A DNA stretch of 64,000 nt from Bacteroidia bacterium (GTDB lineage Bacteria > Bacteroidota > Bacteroidia > M30B66). Position 1 is the stretch's first letter; the number at the start of each line of letters is the position of its first letter. Shown here in pieces: positions 10,941 to 21,025 of this stretch. The stretch is taken from the NCBI GenBank assembly GCA_018401705.1, contig JAGYKL010000004.1:37810-101809 (forward strand), given 5' to 3'. A model generated the notes under the pieces. The model did not search any database. It was not told the DNA's origin and worked only from the letters and a program-made list of their open reading frames with translations. A program made the translations under genes and the position numbers.

Positions 10941-12974
10941 ATGTTGATAAGAAATATTCTATTGGTATTCAGTTTGGTGTCCGGTAGTGTGGCTTTCGGA
11001 CAGATGCAAAAGAACAAGTCTGTTGTTACCGCAAAGTCTAAAGTTGCACAGCCTGAAGTGGCAGTAGCAAAAGATACTGGTGAAGCAGTGCTTTTAATTG
11101 TTGGTGGAGACCCTGTTACAAAGGAAGAATTTGAGGCTATATACAGAAAAAATAACACCAAGGAAACTAATTCAAGCAAAGAAGCTCTTGAAGAATATTT
11201 GCAGCTTTTCATCAACTTTAAATTAAAAGTTAAGGCAGCAAAAGACGCAGGAAAAGATACCGTTAACGCATTCAAGAATGAATTGAAGGGTTACCGCAGA
11301 CAATTAGCTCAGCCTTATTTGACTGATAAGGAAGTTAATGAACAGCTTATTGAAGAAGCATACAATAGAATGAAAACTGACGTACGCGCCAGTCATATTT
11401 TGATTTCATTGGGGGCCGACGCATTACCTAAAGATACTTTGGCTGCATACAAAAAAGCACTTTCTGTTCGCGAAAAGCTAATGAAAGGTGAAGATTTTGA
11501 AACACTTGCACGCAAATATTCAGAAGACCCTTCTGCTCAGCAAAATGGAGGTGACTTAGGTTATTTTACTTCGATGATGATGGTTTATCCATTTGAAAAT
11601 GCTGCATACAACACAACTAAAGGAGAAGTTAGTATGCCAATCAGAACCAGATTTGGATATCACATTGTTAAGGTAAATGATATTCGTCAAGCTCAAGGCC
11701 AAGTGCGCGTTGCTCACATCATGGTTAAAGTAAACGAAAAGGATAATGATACAACTGCAGCTAAAGCAGAAACAAAAATTAATGAGATTTACAAAAGGGT
11801 ACAAGAAGGTGAAGATTTCTCTTTGCTAGCAAGTCAGTTTTCTGATGATAGAACATCAGGAAAGAATGGTGGTCAGTTGCCTTGGTTTGGAACAGGTAAA
11901 ATGGTTCCTGAATTCGAAAAGGTTGCTTTCTCTTTGAAAGAAGAAAATGAATTAAGCAAGCCTTTTAAATCAGCCTATGGATGGCATATTGTTAAGCTTC
12001 TTGAGAAAAAAGGGATTCCTTCATTTGATGAAATGAAGGTAGAATTGAAACAAAAAGTTTCGAAAGATTCTCGTTCGGAAGTCAGTAAGGAAGCTGTTTT
12101 GGACAGAATTAAGAAAGAGAATAATTTTAAAGAAGATACGAAAGCTCTCGAGCAGGTTATTGCTAAAGTAGATACAAGTTTCCTTTCAGGAACTTGGGAT
12201 TCTTCAGTTGCAGATAAACTTGTAAAGCCTCTGTTCTCTCTAGGTAACGAAGTAACTCCTCAAGATGAGTTTGCTAAATACCTTGCTCAAAATCAAAGTA
12301 AGCAGTCTAAATCATCTTCGGTTGAAGCATTGGTTCGTAAATCATACGAATATTTCAAAGAGCAGAAAATTATCGCTTTTGAAGATTCAAGACTAGAAGA
12401 GAAATATCCTGAGTTCAGGCTTCTAATGCAAGAATACCGTGATGGAATTTTATTATTCGAAATAACAGATGAAAATGTTTGGTCTAAAGCGCTAAAGGAC
12501 ACAGCCGGTTTGGAGCAGTTTTACGAACAAAACAAGTTCAATTATATGTGGGGAAAAAGAGCTGATGTTGTAATTTACAAAGCTTCTGATGAAAAGATTG
12601 CAAAATCAGCCCGTAAGCTAGTTGCAAAAAGGGCAAAGAAAAACGTGAGTTCCGAGGATGTTGTGAGTAAAATCAACAAAACTTCTCAGTTAAATCTTCA
12701 AGCCGAGAAAGGTCTTTTTTCAAAAGGAGACAATGAAATTGTTGATGGCATAAATTGGGAAAAAGGTATTTCTGAAAACAAAGTTAATTCTGATGGAACA
12801 GTTTATTTTGTTGAGGTTGTTGAAATTATGGAACCTATGCCAAAAACAATCGCAGAGGCTAGAGGTTTAATTACAGCAGATTATCAAAACTTTCTCGAAA
12901 AAGAATGGATAACAGAGCTGAAGAAGAAATATGATGTAACTGTTAATCGCAAAGTATTCGAAACGATTAAATAA
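10941..12974 (+). CDS. periplasmic peptidyl-prolyl cis-trans isomerase, two parvulin (PpiC) domains, SurA-like
   Basis: Signal peptide. Two rotamase motifs (GGDLGYF...GYHIVKV and GGQLPWF...YGWHIVKL). Confidence 0.8.
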   Translation: MLIRNILLVFSLVSGSVAFGQMQKNKSVVTAKSKVAQPEVAVAKDTGEAVLLIVGGDPVTKEEFEAIYRKNNTKETNSSKEALEEYLQLFINFKLKVKAAKDAGKDTVNAFKNELKGYRRQLAQPYLTDKEVNEQLIEEAYNRMKTDVRASHILISLGADALPKDTLAAYKKALSVREKLMKGEDFETLARKYSEDPSAQQNGGDLGYFTSMMMVYPFENAAYNTTKGEVSMPIRTRFGYHIVKVNDIRQAQGQVRVAHIMVKVNEKDNDTTAAKAETKINEIYKRVQEGEDFSLLASQFSDDRTSGKNGGQLPWFGTGKMVPEFEKVAFSLKEENELSKPFKSAYGWHIVKLLEKKGIPSFDEMKVELKQKVSKDSRSEVSKEAVLDRIKKENNFKEDTKALEQVIAKVDTSFLSGTWDSSVADKLVKPLFSLGNEVTPQDEFAKYLAQNQSKQSKSSSVEALVRKSYEYFKEQKIIAFEDSRLEEKYPEFRLLMQEYRDGILLFEITDENVWSKALKDTAGLEQFYEQNKFNYMWGKRADVVIYKASDEKIAKSARKLVAKRAKKNVSSEDVVSKINKTSQLNLQAEKGLFSKGDNEIVDGINWEKGISENKVNSDGTVYFVEVVEIMEPMPKTIAEARGLITADYQNFLEKEWITELKKKYDVTVNRKVFETIK

Positions 12975-12990
12975 TAATATCAAATTCTTA

Positions 12991-13030
12991 TTTGCCCGTT
13001 TTGGTGATTCACCAGACGGGCAATTTTTTA
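12991..13030 (+). terminator. rho-independent terminator (nested hairpin plus T-run)
   Basis: ttgcccgt...tggtgaTtcacca...acgggcaa followed by tttttta, 17 bp after the stop. Confidence 0.6.
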
Positions 13031-13043
13031 GTTATTCATCAGA

Positions 13044-13901
13044 ATGCAAAAAGCAATTCATTATTTCATTTTAACAACGGCTATAGCCTTCATTTCGGCC
13101 TGTAATAATGATGATGTGAAAAAAGATGCTATTGCTAGAGTTCATGACAAATATTTATCAAAAGCTGAATTAGCGAGAGCTATACCCTTTGGTTTAAAGG
13201 GTGAAGATAGCGTGAGTTTTGCAAACGAATTTATTACTCAATGGTTAAAGCAAAATCTAGTTCTTAGAAAAGCTGAGAATAATCTAAATGATGAAGAAAA
13301 GGATGTTTCAAGGCAGTTAGAAGATTATCGTACTTCACTTATCATTTTTGCATACGAAAGAGAATTGGTCAAGCAAAAGCTTGATACACTTGTTTCTGAT
13401 GACGAAATCTCTAAGTATTATCAAGAACACCCTAATAATTTTGAGTTAAAGAGTAACATTATTCGACTCAAATACATCAAGCTTCCAAAGAAAACGCCTA
13501 ATAGTGACAAGGCTAAGAAATGGTTTCGGTCTGAAAAGGAGGAAGAGCAAAATAAAATCCAACAATTCGCAAAGCTTTATGCCGTTAATTTTCTTTTAGA
13601 TGATAGTAATTGGCTTTTATTAGAAGATGTTATAAAGGAAATTCCTTTAGATGAAAATGAGATTGGAAATGTGAATAATCAACCAAAGTTTATAGAGCTT
13701 TTTGATGAAAAATACCAGTATCTTGTAACAGTTACAGGCTTCATGGTTAAGGACAGCCAAGCTCCGCTTGAATTTGAAAAAAATACAATTAGAAACATCA
13801 TTCTCAACAAAAGAAAAATACTATTAATACAAAAAATGCAGGATGATGCATACAATGACGCATTGAATGAAAAAGATATTGAAGTTTATGGGAATAACTA
13901 A
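13044..13901 (+). CDS. hypothetical lipoprotein (possible SurA-N-like chaperone domain)
   Basis: Lipoprotein-type signal (AFISAC). Lies in an operon between two PPIase genes. Confidence 0.4.
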   Translation: MQKAIHYFILTTAIAFISACNNDDVKKDAIARVHDKYLSKAELARAIPFGLKGEDSVSFANEFITQWLKQNLVLRKAENNLNDEEKDVSRQLEDYRTSLIIFAYERELVKQKLDTLVSDDEISKYYQEHPNNFELKSNIIRLKYIKLPKKTPNSDKAKKWFRSEKEEEQNKIQQFAKLYAVNFLLDDSNWLLLEDVIKEIPLDENEIGNVNNQPKFIELFDEKYQYLVTVTGFMVKDSQAPLEFEKNTIRNIILNKRKILLIQKMQDDAYNDALNEKDIEVYGNN

Positions 13902-15246
13902 GAAGCTCTTTTTTAGTACATGCCTAATTTTGGTTTTTATCTTCACTTCAGGAGAAGTGGCCTCACAACCTGTAACCATCGACAAAATTATCGCCGTGGT
14001 AGGAGATGAGGCAATATTACTATCAGATATTGAGGCTCAGGCCTTTCAAATTGAACAGCAAAATGGAATCAAAGACCCTGACTTACGCTGCAGAGTTTTA
14101 GAAGAAGTTATTATTCAGAAACTTCTTTTGAATCAGGCTGAAAAAGATTCTGTGATTGCTAGTGATGAAATGGTAGATGCCGAACTGAATAAAAAAATCA
14201 GATTTTTTGTGAGCCAGATTGGATCTGTTGAGGCTCTAGAAGATTACTTAGGTAAGAGCCTTTTAGCAATCAAAGAAGAGTTTAGGGATAGAATTCGTGA
14301 CCAAATAACCATTCAGCAAATGCAGTCTCAAATAGCTGGTGACGTAAATGTTTCTCCTTCAGAAGTTAAGGCGTTTTACGCTGAAATACCAACAGATTCA
14401 ATTCCTTTTATTGAGAGTGAAATACAAGTAGCTCAAATTTTAGCAAAACCTCCTGTAAATGATGCCGAACGCGATCGCGTTAGAAACGAACTAAAGGAAA
14501 TTAAACAAAAAATTGTTGATGGTAGGAGCTTCGCTTCTATGGCTGCATTTTATAGTCAGGATCCGGTTTCAGCTGCAAAAGGAGGTGAGCTGGGCTTTGT
14601 GAATAGAGGAGATCTGGTGCCTGAATTTGAAGCTGCAGCCTTTGCATTAAAAGGTAGCGAAATTTCAGATATCGTTGAGTCTACCTACGGATTTCATATT
14701 ATTCAACTCATCGAAAGACGCGGTGAAACAATTAATGTGAGACACATTCTTTTATCGCCAAAAGCTTCGCCCGAAGACCTTGAGAAGGCTCGAAAAAGAC
14801 TTGATAGCCTGCAGCAAGCTATACGGTTAGGCGAAATTAATTTTGATGAAGCAGCCTTGAAATATTCGGATGATGAAGAAACAAAAAACAACTCTGGATT
14901 ACTCATCAATCCTGGTTCAGGTTCAACTTGGTGGGAAATATCCCAGCTCGATCAAAGCATTTTCTTTGCTATTGACAAGCTAAAGATAGGAGAGATGTCA
15001 GACCCAGTTTTGGTTCGCGAAGGAGAGAAGAAGACAGGCTACAGAATTCTTATGTTAAAAGCGAGGACTGAACCTCATAAAGCGAATCTTAAAGACGATT
15101 ATCAGCGTATACAGCAAGCTGCAGAAGCTAAAAAGAAAGAAGAGAAAGTTGATGAGTGGATAAAACGAAAGAGACCAAACTTTTTTATTAAAATTGACTC
15201 ACAGTATTCAGACTGTGATTTTCAAACAAATTGGAATCAACCTTAA
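13867..15246 (+). CDS. SurA-like periplasmic chaperone / parvulin PPIase
   Basis: Signal peptide. Rotamase motif GGELGFVNRGDLVPEFEAAAF...GFHIIQL. An alternative start at 13888 is possible. Confidence 0.75.
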   Translation: MKKILKFMGITKKLFFSTCLILVFIFTSGEVASQPVTIDKIIAVVGDEAILLSDIEAQAFQIEQQNGIKDPDLRCRVLEEVIIQKLLLNQAEKDSVIASDEMVDAELNKKIRFFVSQIGSVEALEDYLGKSLLAIKEEFRDRIRDQITIQQMQSQIAGDVNVSPSEVKAFYAEIPTDSIPFIESEIQVAQILAKPPVNDAERDRVRNELKEIKQKIVDGRSFASMAAFYSQDPVSAAKGGELGFVNRGDLVPEFEAAAFALKGSEISDIVESTYGFHIIQLIERRGETINVRHILLSPKASPEDLEKARKRLDSLQQAIRLGEINFDEAALKYSDDEETKNNSGLLINPGSGSTWWEISQLDQSIFFAIDKLKIGEMSDPVLVREGEKKTGYRILMLKARTEPHKANLKDDYQRIQQAAEAKKKEEKVDEWIKRKRPNFFIKIDSQYSDCDFQTNWNQP

Positions 15247-16235
15247 GCAATTATAACGAAAGAATGCAAGAGTTTAAATCAGATGCCGAAGCTATTGATA
15301 GCTTAAAAGATGCTTACACCAGACTCGATAAAGAAATTGGGAAAGTGGTTATTGGTCAGGAAGATGTTGTAAAAGATGTAATCATTTCAATATTCAGTAG
15401 AGGACACTGTTTGCTTGTTGGTGTTCCTGGTCTTGCCAAAACATTATTAGTAACAACTATCTCAAAAGTTTTGGGGCTTGAATATAACAGGATTCAATTT
15501 ACGCCTGATTTGATGCCATCTGATATTGTAGGAACCGAAATTCTTGATGAAAATCGACAATTCAAATTTATTAAAGGCCCTCTTTTCGCAAATATTATCT
15601 TGGCCGATGAAATAAACAGAACTCCTCCTAAAACTCAAGCTGCTTTGCTTGAGGCTATGCAAGAAAAGGCCATTACAGCAGCTGGAAAAAGGTATGAGCT
15701 TGGAAAGCCATTCTTTGTTCTCGCGACTCAAAATCCAATTGAACAAGAGGGTACTTATGCTTTGCCAGAAGCTCAGCTCGACCGTTTTATGTTCAATATT
15801 TGGGTAGATTATCCGAGTTATGAGAATGAAATAAAGGTTGTTAGAAGTACAACTTCCGATGAAATCATCTCTTTGAATTCAATTCTAAGTGCAGAAGAGA
15901 TTCTCTTTTACCAAGATTTAGTAAGGCGTATCCCTGTAACCGATAAGGTACTTGAATATGCAGTGAAATTAGCTGTAAAAACAAGATTGAATTCTGAATA
16001 CGCTCCAGATGTGGTTAAGAAGTATTTAGCTTGGGGTGCAGGACCAAGAGCATCTCAATTCTTAGTGCTTGGTGCTAAATGCCATGCAGCAATTAGAGGC
16101 AAGTATTCTCCAGATATTGAAGATGTAAATGCTGTAGCAACTGCAATTTTGCGCCATAGAATTATTCGAAATTATAAGGCTGAAGCTGAAGGTATTTCTG
16201 TTGAGGATATCATCAGTCAATTATTAGAGAAGTAA
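15231..16235 (+). CDS. MoxR-family AAA+ ATPase
   Basis: Walker A GVPGLAKT. IILADEINR. The conserved MoxR N-terminal GQEDVV segment. About 330 aa. Confidence 0.85.
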   Translation: MESTLSNYNERMQEFKSDAEAIDSLKDAYTRLDKEIGKVVIGQEDVVKDVIISIFSRGHCLLVGVPGLAKTLLVTTISKVLGLEYNRIQFTPDLMPSDIVGTEILDENRQFKFIKGPLFANIILADEINRTPPKTQAALLEAMQEKAITAAGKRYELGKPFFVLATQNPIEQEGTYALPEAQLDRFMFNIWVDYPSYENEIKVVRSTTSDEIISLNSILSAEEILFYQDLVRRIPVTDKVLEYAVKLAVKTRLNSEYAPDVVKKYLAWGAGPRASQFLVLGAKCHAAIRGKYSPDIEDVNAVATAILRHRIIRNYKAEAEGISVEDIISQLLEK

Positions 16236-16243
16236 GATCTCTT

Positions 16244-16290
16244 CCATAGAAAAGGGCTGAAAACTAAATGTTTTCAGCCCTTTTCTATGC
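16244..16290. terminator. bidirectional rho-independent terminator (20-bp near-perfect stem)
   Basis: ccatagaaaagggctgaaaac / taaat / gttttcagcccttttctatg lies between the convergent moxR and gap genes. Confidence 0.7.
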
Positions 16291-16301
16291 TTCTGTTTAA
16301 A

Positions 16302-17771
16302 TCAATAATATGTCAATCTAATTACATCAGCCAAATGCTTAGCAAGCCTAATCACCTGACGGGTATAGCCATATTCATTGTCATACCAAACGTATAACAC
16401 AATGGATCTTTTGTCATTCGCAACAATTGTTGCAGGACTATCAACAATAGAGGCGCAAGGGTTGCCAACAAGGTCACTCGATACTAATTCATTAGAAATT
16501 GAGTACTGAATTTGCTCTACCAAATCGCCCTTTAATGCCGCATTTCTCAAAACTGAATTCACATCTTCTTTTGATGTGTCTGTTTCAAGACTTAATTTCA
16601 AAATCGCTAATGAAACATCAGGAGTAGGCACCCTAACTGCATTCGATGTTAATTTACCCGCTAATTCAGGAATTACCTTTGCTACAGCTGTACCAGCTCC
16701 TGTTTCTGTAATTACCATGTTTAATGCTGCAGCTCTTCCTCTCCTATATTTCTTATGGTAATTATCTAATAAATTCTGATCGTTTGTGTAAGAGTGAATC
16801 GTTTCAATATGCCCTCCAGAAATTCCTAAATTCTTACTAATTACTTTAAGAACTGGAACAATTGCATTTGTGGTACAAGAAGCAGCTGAGAAAATAGTTT
16901 CATTTTCAATATCAACACTTCCTTGATTCACCCCATGAACAATATTAGGGATGTCTCCCTTGCCTGGCGCGGTCAAAAGAACCTTGGAAATGCCTTTCGA
17001 CTCCAAGTGCTTACTTAAGCCTTCTCGGTCTCTAGATACACCTGTATTGTCAATTAGAAGAGCATTCTCGATTCCATAAGATGTGTAATCAATCGCAGAA
17101 GGGTCTTTAGCAGCAATCATCTTAACAGTATGTCCGTTAATAATAAGTGAATGGTTTTCTACATCCTCGATTATGGTTCCTGGAAATGGTCCATGAACCG
17201 AATCTGTTCTTAGTAAAGCTGCTCTTTTAATTATGTCTTCAGCACTATTGCTGCGTGTTACAATTGCACGAAGTCTAAGTTGTTCACCTTTGCCAGCCTG
17301 GATTATAAGTTCTCTCGCAGCAATCCTACCTATTCTGCCAAACCCATACAGCACAACATCCTTTGGTACTAGAACTCTTTTATCCTTCCCTATAAACGAA
17401 ATAAGTTTGTCTTGAATAAATTCAGCCGCAGTTGAATAAGCCGCTTTCTCATTTATCCATTCTGTTGCAAGTCTTCCAAGATCAATTCTAGATGGTGCTA
17501 CATCCAATGCTTCAATTTCCTTTGCGAGAAGTAAACTATCTTGAACAGTGATAGCTTTACCTACAAATTTTTGAGCATAATTATGTAACTGTAAAATTTC
17601 ACTTGCACTTCTGTCAACTAATTGGTTCCTGAAAATCAATAGTTCAATCGAGTGATCAAACCAAAGCGAACCTACTGTATGAATAAGCTCTATAGCAGCC
17701 TTTTCATCTTGAATCCACTCGTTTAATTCTGTTTCATAGTTAGCAGGCCTAAGGGCATTTTCTGATGACAT
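16302..17771 (-). CDS. gap: glyceraldehyde-3-phosphate dehydrogenase family, long form with ~130-aa N-terminal extension
   Basis: Rossmann GFGRIGR and the catalytic SAASCTTN motif. 489 aa against roughly 335 for canonical GAPDH. Confidence 0.75.
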   Translation of the reverse strand: MSSENALRPANYETELNEWIQDEKAAIELIHTVGSLWFDHSIELLIFRNQLVDRSASEILQLHNYAQKFVGKAITVQDSLLLAKEIEALDVAPSRIDLGRLATEWINEKAAYSTAAEFIQDKLISFIGKDKRVLVPKDVVLYGFGRIGRIAARELIIQAGKGEQLRLRAIVTRSNSAEDIIKRAALLRTDSVHGPFPGTIIEDVENHSLIINGHTVKMIAAKDPSAIDYTSYGIENALLIDNTGVSRDREGLSKHLESKGISKVLLTAPGKGDIPNIVHGVNQGSVDIENETIFSAASCTTNAIVPVLKVISKNLGISGGHIETIHSYTNDQNLLDNYHKKYRRGRAAALNMVITETGAGTAVAKVIPELAGKLTSNAVRVPTPDVSLAILKLSLETDTSKEDVNSVLRNAALKGDLVEQIQYSISNELVSSDLVGNPCASIVDSPATIVANDKRSIVLYVWYDNEYGYTRQVIRLAKHLADVIRLTYY

Positions 17772-17918
17772 GCGTTGTTATTTATGAGTTTGAGTCGCGA
17801 AATTACTGCTTTTGTTGAGCTCTTCCTTAAAATTTGCCGCTATAATTTTTAATTCATAAAGAAAAAGCCTGATTCCGCGAAGAACCAGACTTTTTCAAAA
17901 TAATTTACTACACTCGAT

Positions 17919-19361
17919 TTATATACCTAAGCCATAGTAAGCTTTCGCACCATTTGGATAGACTCCTTCTATAAGTAATCCCTTTCTTTCAGATTTTAAT
18001 GCATTAGTGATGTCTGAAATAGAATTTACTTGCTTCTCTCCTATGTTAGTTATTATAAATCCTTCTTTAATCCCAATATTGCGCAATCGACCTTCTCTAA
18101 TATTCTCAACTTTAAGCCCACTATTTAATTTGTATGCATTCTTCTCTATCTCACTAAGTGGGGTGAATTCTGCTCCCAACTCATTAGCTACCGATTCAGT
18201 ATACTTAATTAAACGTGTATCGCCATTGCGATTTTTAAGTTGAAGATTCAGTTCTTTAGTTTTTCCACCTCTGCTTATAAGGAGTGCAACTTCATCGCCA
18301 GGACGATATCTACCAACCTGCTCTTGTAATTCAGGAATATTATTTACTTCTGCGCCCTGAATGGACAAAATGATATCTCCTTCTTCAATTCCCGCACTTT
18401 CAGCTGCGCCACCTGCATTTAATCCTGAAACATAAACACCCTTAATTGTTTCAATATTCTTTTTCTTTGCTAAATCAGCATTCAGGTCTTCAAGAACTAC
18501 TCCTATAAATGCTCTTTGTACTTCTCCAAATTCCAGTAAGTCAGCAACAACTTTTCTTACGATATTTACCGGTACTGCAAAGGAATAACCTGAATAAGAG
18601 CCTGTATTTGATGCAATTGCAGAATTAATTCCAATGAGCTCTCCATTGGCATTAACTAATGCTCCTCCGCTATTTCCAGGATTTACTGCAGCATCAGTCT
18701 GGATAAATGATTCAATGGCAAATTTTTCGTTCAGAATGTTAATGTTTCTGCCTTTAGCACTAATAATACCCGCTGTAACGGTGGATGTTAAACTAAAAGG
18801 ATTTCCAACTGCGAGTGCCCATTCACCAACCTTAACTTCATCAGAATTGCCATAGTATATAAATGGCAGATTTTGAGCATCCACTTTTAATAAGGCAAGG
18901 TCAGTACTTGGGTCAGTCCCAATTACTTCTGCTGTATACTCTCTCTTATCATTTAAGACAATTTCAACCGATTCGGCATTTTGCACAACGTGATTATTGG
19001 TGACGATAAATCCATCTTCTGATATAATAACACCAGACCCAGAAGCTCTTGCTTTTTGAGGAGGCGCATTTCTATATGGGTTCCCAAAAAAGAAATCGTA
19101 GAAAGGGTCTGAACTAGCATTCCTTCTATTTGCAGATACTGTTTTAACGTGAACTACTCCATGCAATGATTGTTCGGCTGCAGAAGTTAAATCTGGCGCA
19201 TTTGCCAAATTGGCAGTTTGTCCTGAAGCAAGATGAACCGGAAGTCGCTCAGCTGTAAGTCGCTCATATCCATTTTGGTCCTCTTGAAAAAACTGATTGA
19301 TACTGATTGCTGCAACACCCCCTAAAAAGGCTATGAGCAGCGTTGACATAATTTTCTTCAT
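17919..19361 (-). CDS. degP: Do/DegP/HtrA periplasmic serine endoprotease with PDZ domains
   Basis: Trypsin-like motif GNSGGALVNANGELIGI. Two PDZ-like C-terminal regions. The start is set at the ATG giving MKKIMSTLL, a signal peptide (track ORF extends to 19418). Confidence 0.85.
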   Translation of the reverse strand: MKKIMSTLLIAFLGGVAAISINQFFQEDQNGYERLTAERLPVHLASGQTANLANAPDLTSAAEQSLHGVVHVKTVSANRRNASSDPFYDFFFGNPYRNAPPQKARASGSGVIISEDGFIVTNNHVVQNAESVEIVLNDKREYTAEVIGTDPSTDLALLKVDAQNLPFIYYGNSDEVKVGEWALAVGNPFSLTSTVTAGIISAKGRNINILNEKFAIESFIQTDAAVNPGNSGGALVNANGELIGINSAIASNTGSYSGYSFAVPVNIVRKVVADLLEFGEVQRAFIGVVLEDLNADLAKKKNIETIKGVYVSGLNAGGAAESAGIEEGDIILSIQGAEVNNIPELQEQVGRYRPGDEVALLISRGGKTKELNLQLKNRNGDTRLIKYTESVANELGAEFTPLSEIEKNAYKLNSGLKVENIREGRLRNIGIKEGFIITNIGEKQVNSISDITNALKSERKGLLIEGVYPNGAKAYYGLGI

Positions 19362-19565
19362 AAGGTAAAATCGATTTTTTAATAAACTTTTTAAAATCAA
19401 AAAACGTGCCCGTGTCAATTGTTGGTCATGAACAAATTACTGTGAATGAATCGTTAGCACAAGAATATTTGATGAACATTTTCACACTAGGTTTGTATAA
19501 TCAACGCAAAGGAGTTATTAAGTGTTGTGAAGTGGAATTGATTTAACTTTTTTTTCAAAATCATT

Positions 19566-20237
19566 ATGAGATCTCCCGGGTCAAGGGCGTTTACATTTTT
19601 AATTGGTATCCTCATAGGAATGCTTGCTGCAATTGGCTTGGTGTTTCTTATGGTGAATCAGTTTAATCCGTTTGCTTTCTTTAATAATGAATCTGGAATC
19701 AATCAGCGCGACACCATTGTAGATACAAGAGTGTCAAAAAAAATAAATTCTTTATCAAAGGTCAAAAGTAAAGAGAATCTGAAACTTGAAATAGTTACAA
19801 CCTCTCCGAAAATTGATAGCAACGCATCTGAATTCAAAAATGAAATTCAAGTATTGAATCTTGACCAAGAAGAAATTATCATTAAGCGTGATGAGTTTTT
19901 AAGTTACACTGAAGTCGAAATCATTCGCATTAACGTCGGTCAAGAATTTCAACCCAGAGATTCTCTGATAAATAAGCTTCAGGGAAACCCTGAAATTAAA
20001 AAGACTATTAGGATAGAGTTTTGGAAATCTCCTGTTAACTATCAAGGTTATAGGTTATTGGCTAATAAGATTATGCTTTTTGGAATGGTGCAAGAAACTC
20101 GCCTTATGGTTTATAAATTTAAAGATGTTCTCTATTTAAGGAACGGCAGGTTAGTTTATAAGATTGTTGAAAATGATGATTTCGAATCATTCGAAAAAGT
20201 AACTGATGATTCAATTCTCAAAGTGTTAAACCCATGA
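19566..20237 (+). CDS. hypothetical membrane-anchored protein (single N-terminal TM)
   Basis: N-terminal hydrophobic helix. No known domain. ATGA overlap with the dapF start. Confidence 0.4.
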   Translation: MRSPGSRAFTFLIGILIGMLAAIGLVFLMVNQFNPFAFFNNESGINQRDTIVDTRVSKKINSLSKVKSKENLKLEIVTTSPKIDSNASEFKNEIQVLNLDQEEIIIKRDEFLSYTEVEIIRINVGQEFQPRDSLINKLQGNPEIKKTIRIEFWKSPVNYQGYRLLANKIMLFGMVQETRLMVYKFKDVLYLRNGRLVYKIVENDDFESFEKVTDDSILKVLNP

Positions 20238-21025
20238 TTATTTCTTTTCATAAATACCAAGCTACCGGTAATGATTTTGTAATTATTGACGACCGCGAAC
20301 GACGTTTTGACATTCAGAATAGCAGCCTCATTCAAACCCTCTGTAACAGAAGATTTGGAATTGGGGCAGATGGTCTAATTGTGATAAGGTCAGAGCCCGG
20401 ACATGACTTTCGTATGATATATTTTAATGCTGATGGCTACGAAGGATCTATGTGTGGAAATGGAGGCAGATGTGCAACTGCTTTTGCAAACGTTCTTTTT
20501 CCAGAAAAAAAAGAATTCAGTTTTAAGGCTTTTGATGGTTTACATACTTCAAAAATAAGTCAGGTTAAAAACAATGGATTTCTTGTTAGCCTTAGTATGA
20601 GTGATGTTAAGTTACCCAATGACTTCGGCGAAGATGTTGTTTTGAATACAGGTTCGCCTCATTATGTTCAATTTGTAAACGATGCAGGTATTGTAGATGT
20701 TTCTTCCGCTGGTCGTTTAATTCGTAATTCTGAACCATACCTTAGAGAAGGAATTAATGTCAATTTTGCGGAAGTTCATAACGATACTTTAACCGTAAGA
20801 ACTTATGAAAGAGGTGTTGAAGAGGAAACTCTTTCTTGTGGAACTGGCGTTACTGCTTCAGCAATTTCGGCTTTTCACAAAAAATTAATTCAAAGTCCAG
20901 ATGTAAAAGTTTTCACGCGTGGCGGCGAATTAGAAGTCAAATTTAAGCTCAATGAAAATGGCTATTCTGATATTGTTTTATCAGGAGAAGCTCATCCTGT
21001 TTTTCAAGGAGTTATTGAAGTATGA
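20234..21025 (+). CDS. dapF: diaminopimelate epimerase
   Basis: YQATGNDFVIID. The catalytic Cys motif SMCGNGGRC. A second Cys in CGTGVTAS. Confidence 0.9.
   Translation: MIISFHKYQATGNDFVIIDDRERRFDIQNSSLIQTLCNRRFGIGADGLIVIRSEPGHDFRMIYFNADGYEGSMCGNGGRCATAFANVLFPEKKEFSFKAFDGLHTSKISQVKNNGFLVSLSMSDVKLPNDFGEDVVLNTGSPHYVQFVNDAGIVDVSSAGRLIRNSEPYLREGINVNFAEVHNDTLTVRTYERGVEEETLSCGTGVTASAISAFHKKLIQSPDVKVFTRGGELEVKFKLNENGYSDIVLSGEAHPVFQGVIEV

Noticed and set aside
10871-11275. 134-aa minus-strand ORF overlapping the start of the parvulin PPIase gene
   Set aside because: It is antisense to a well-supported gene with a signal peptide and parvulin motifs. It has no recognisable features and is likely spurious.
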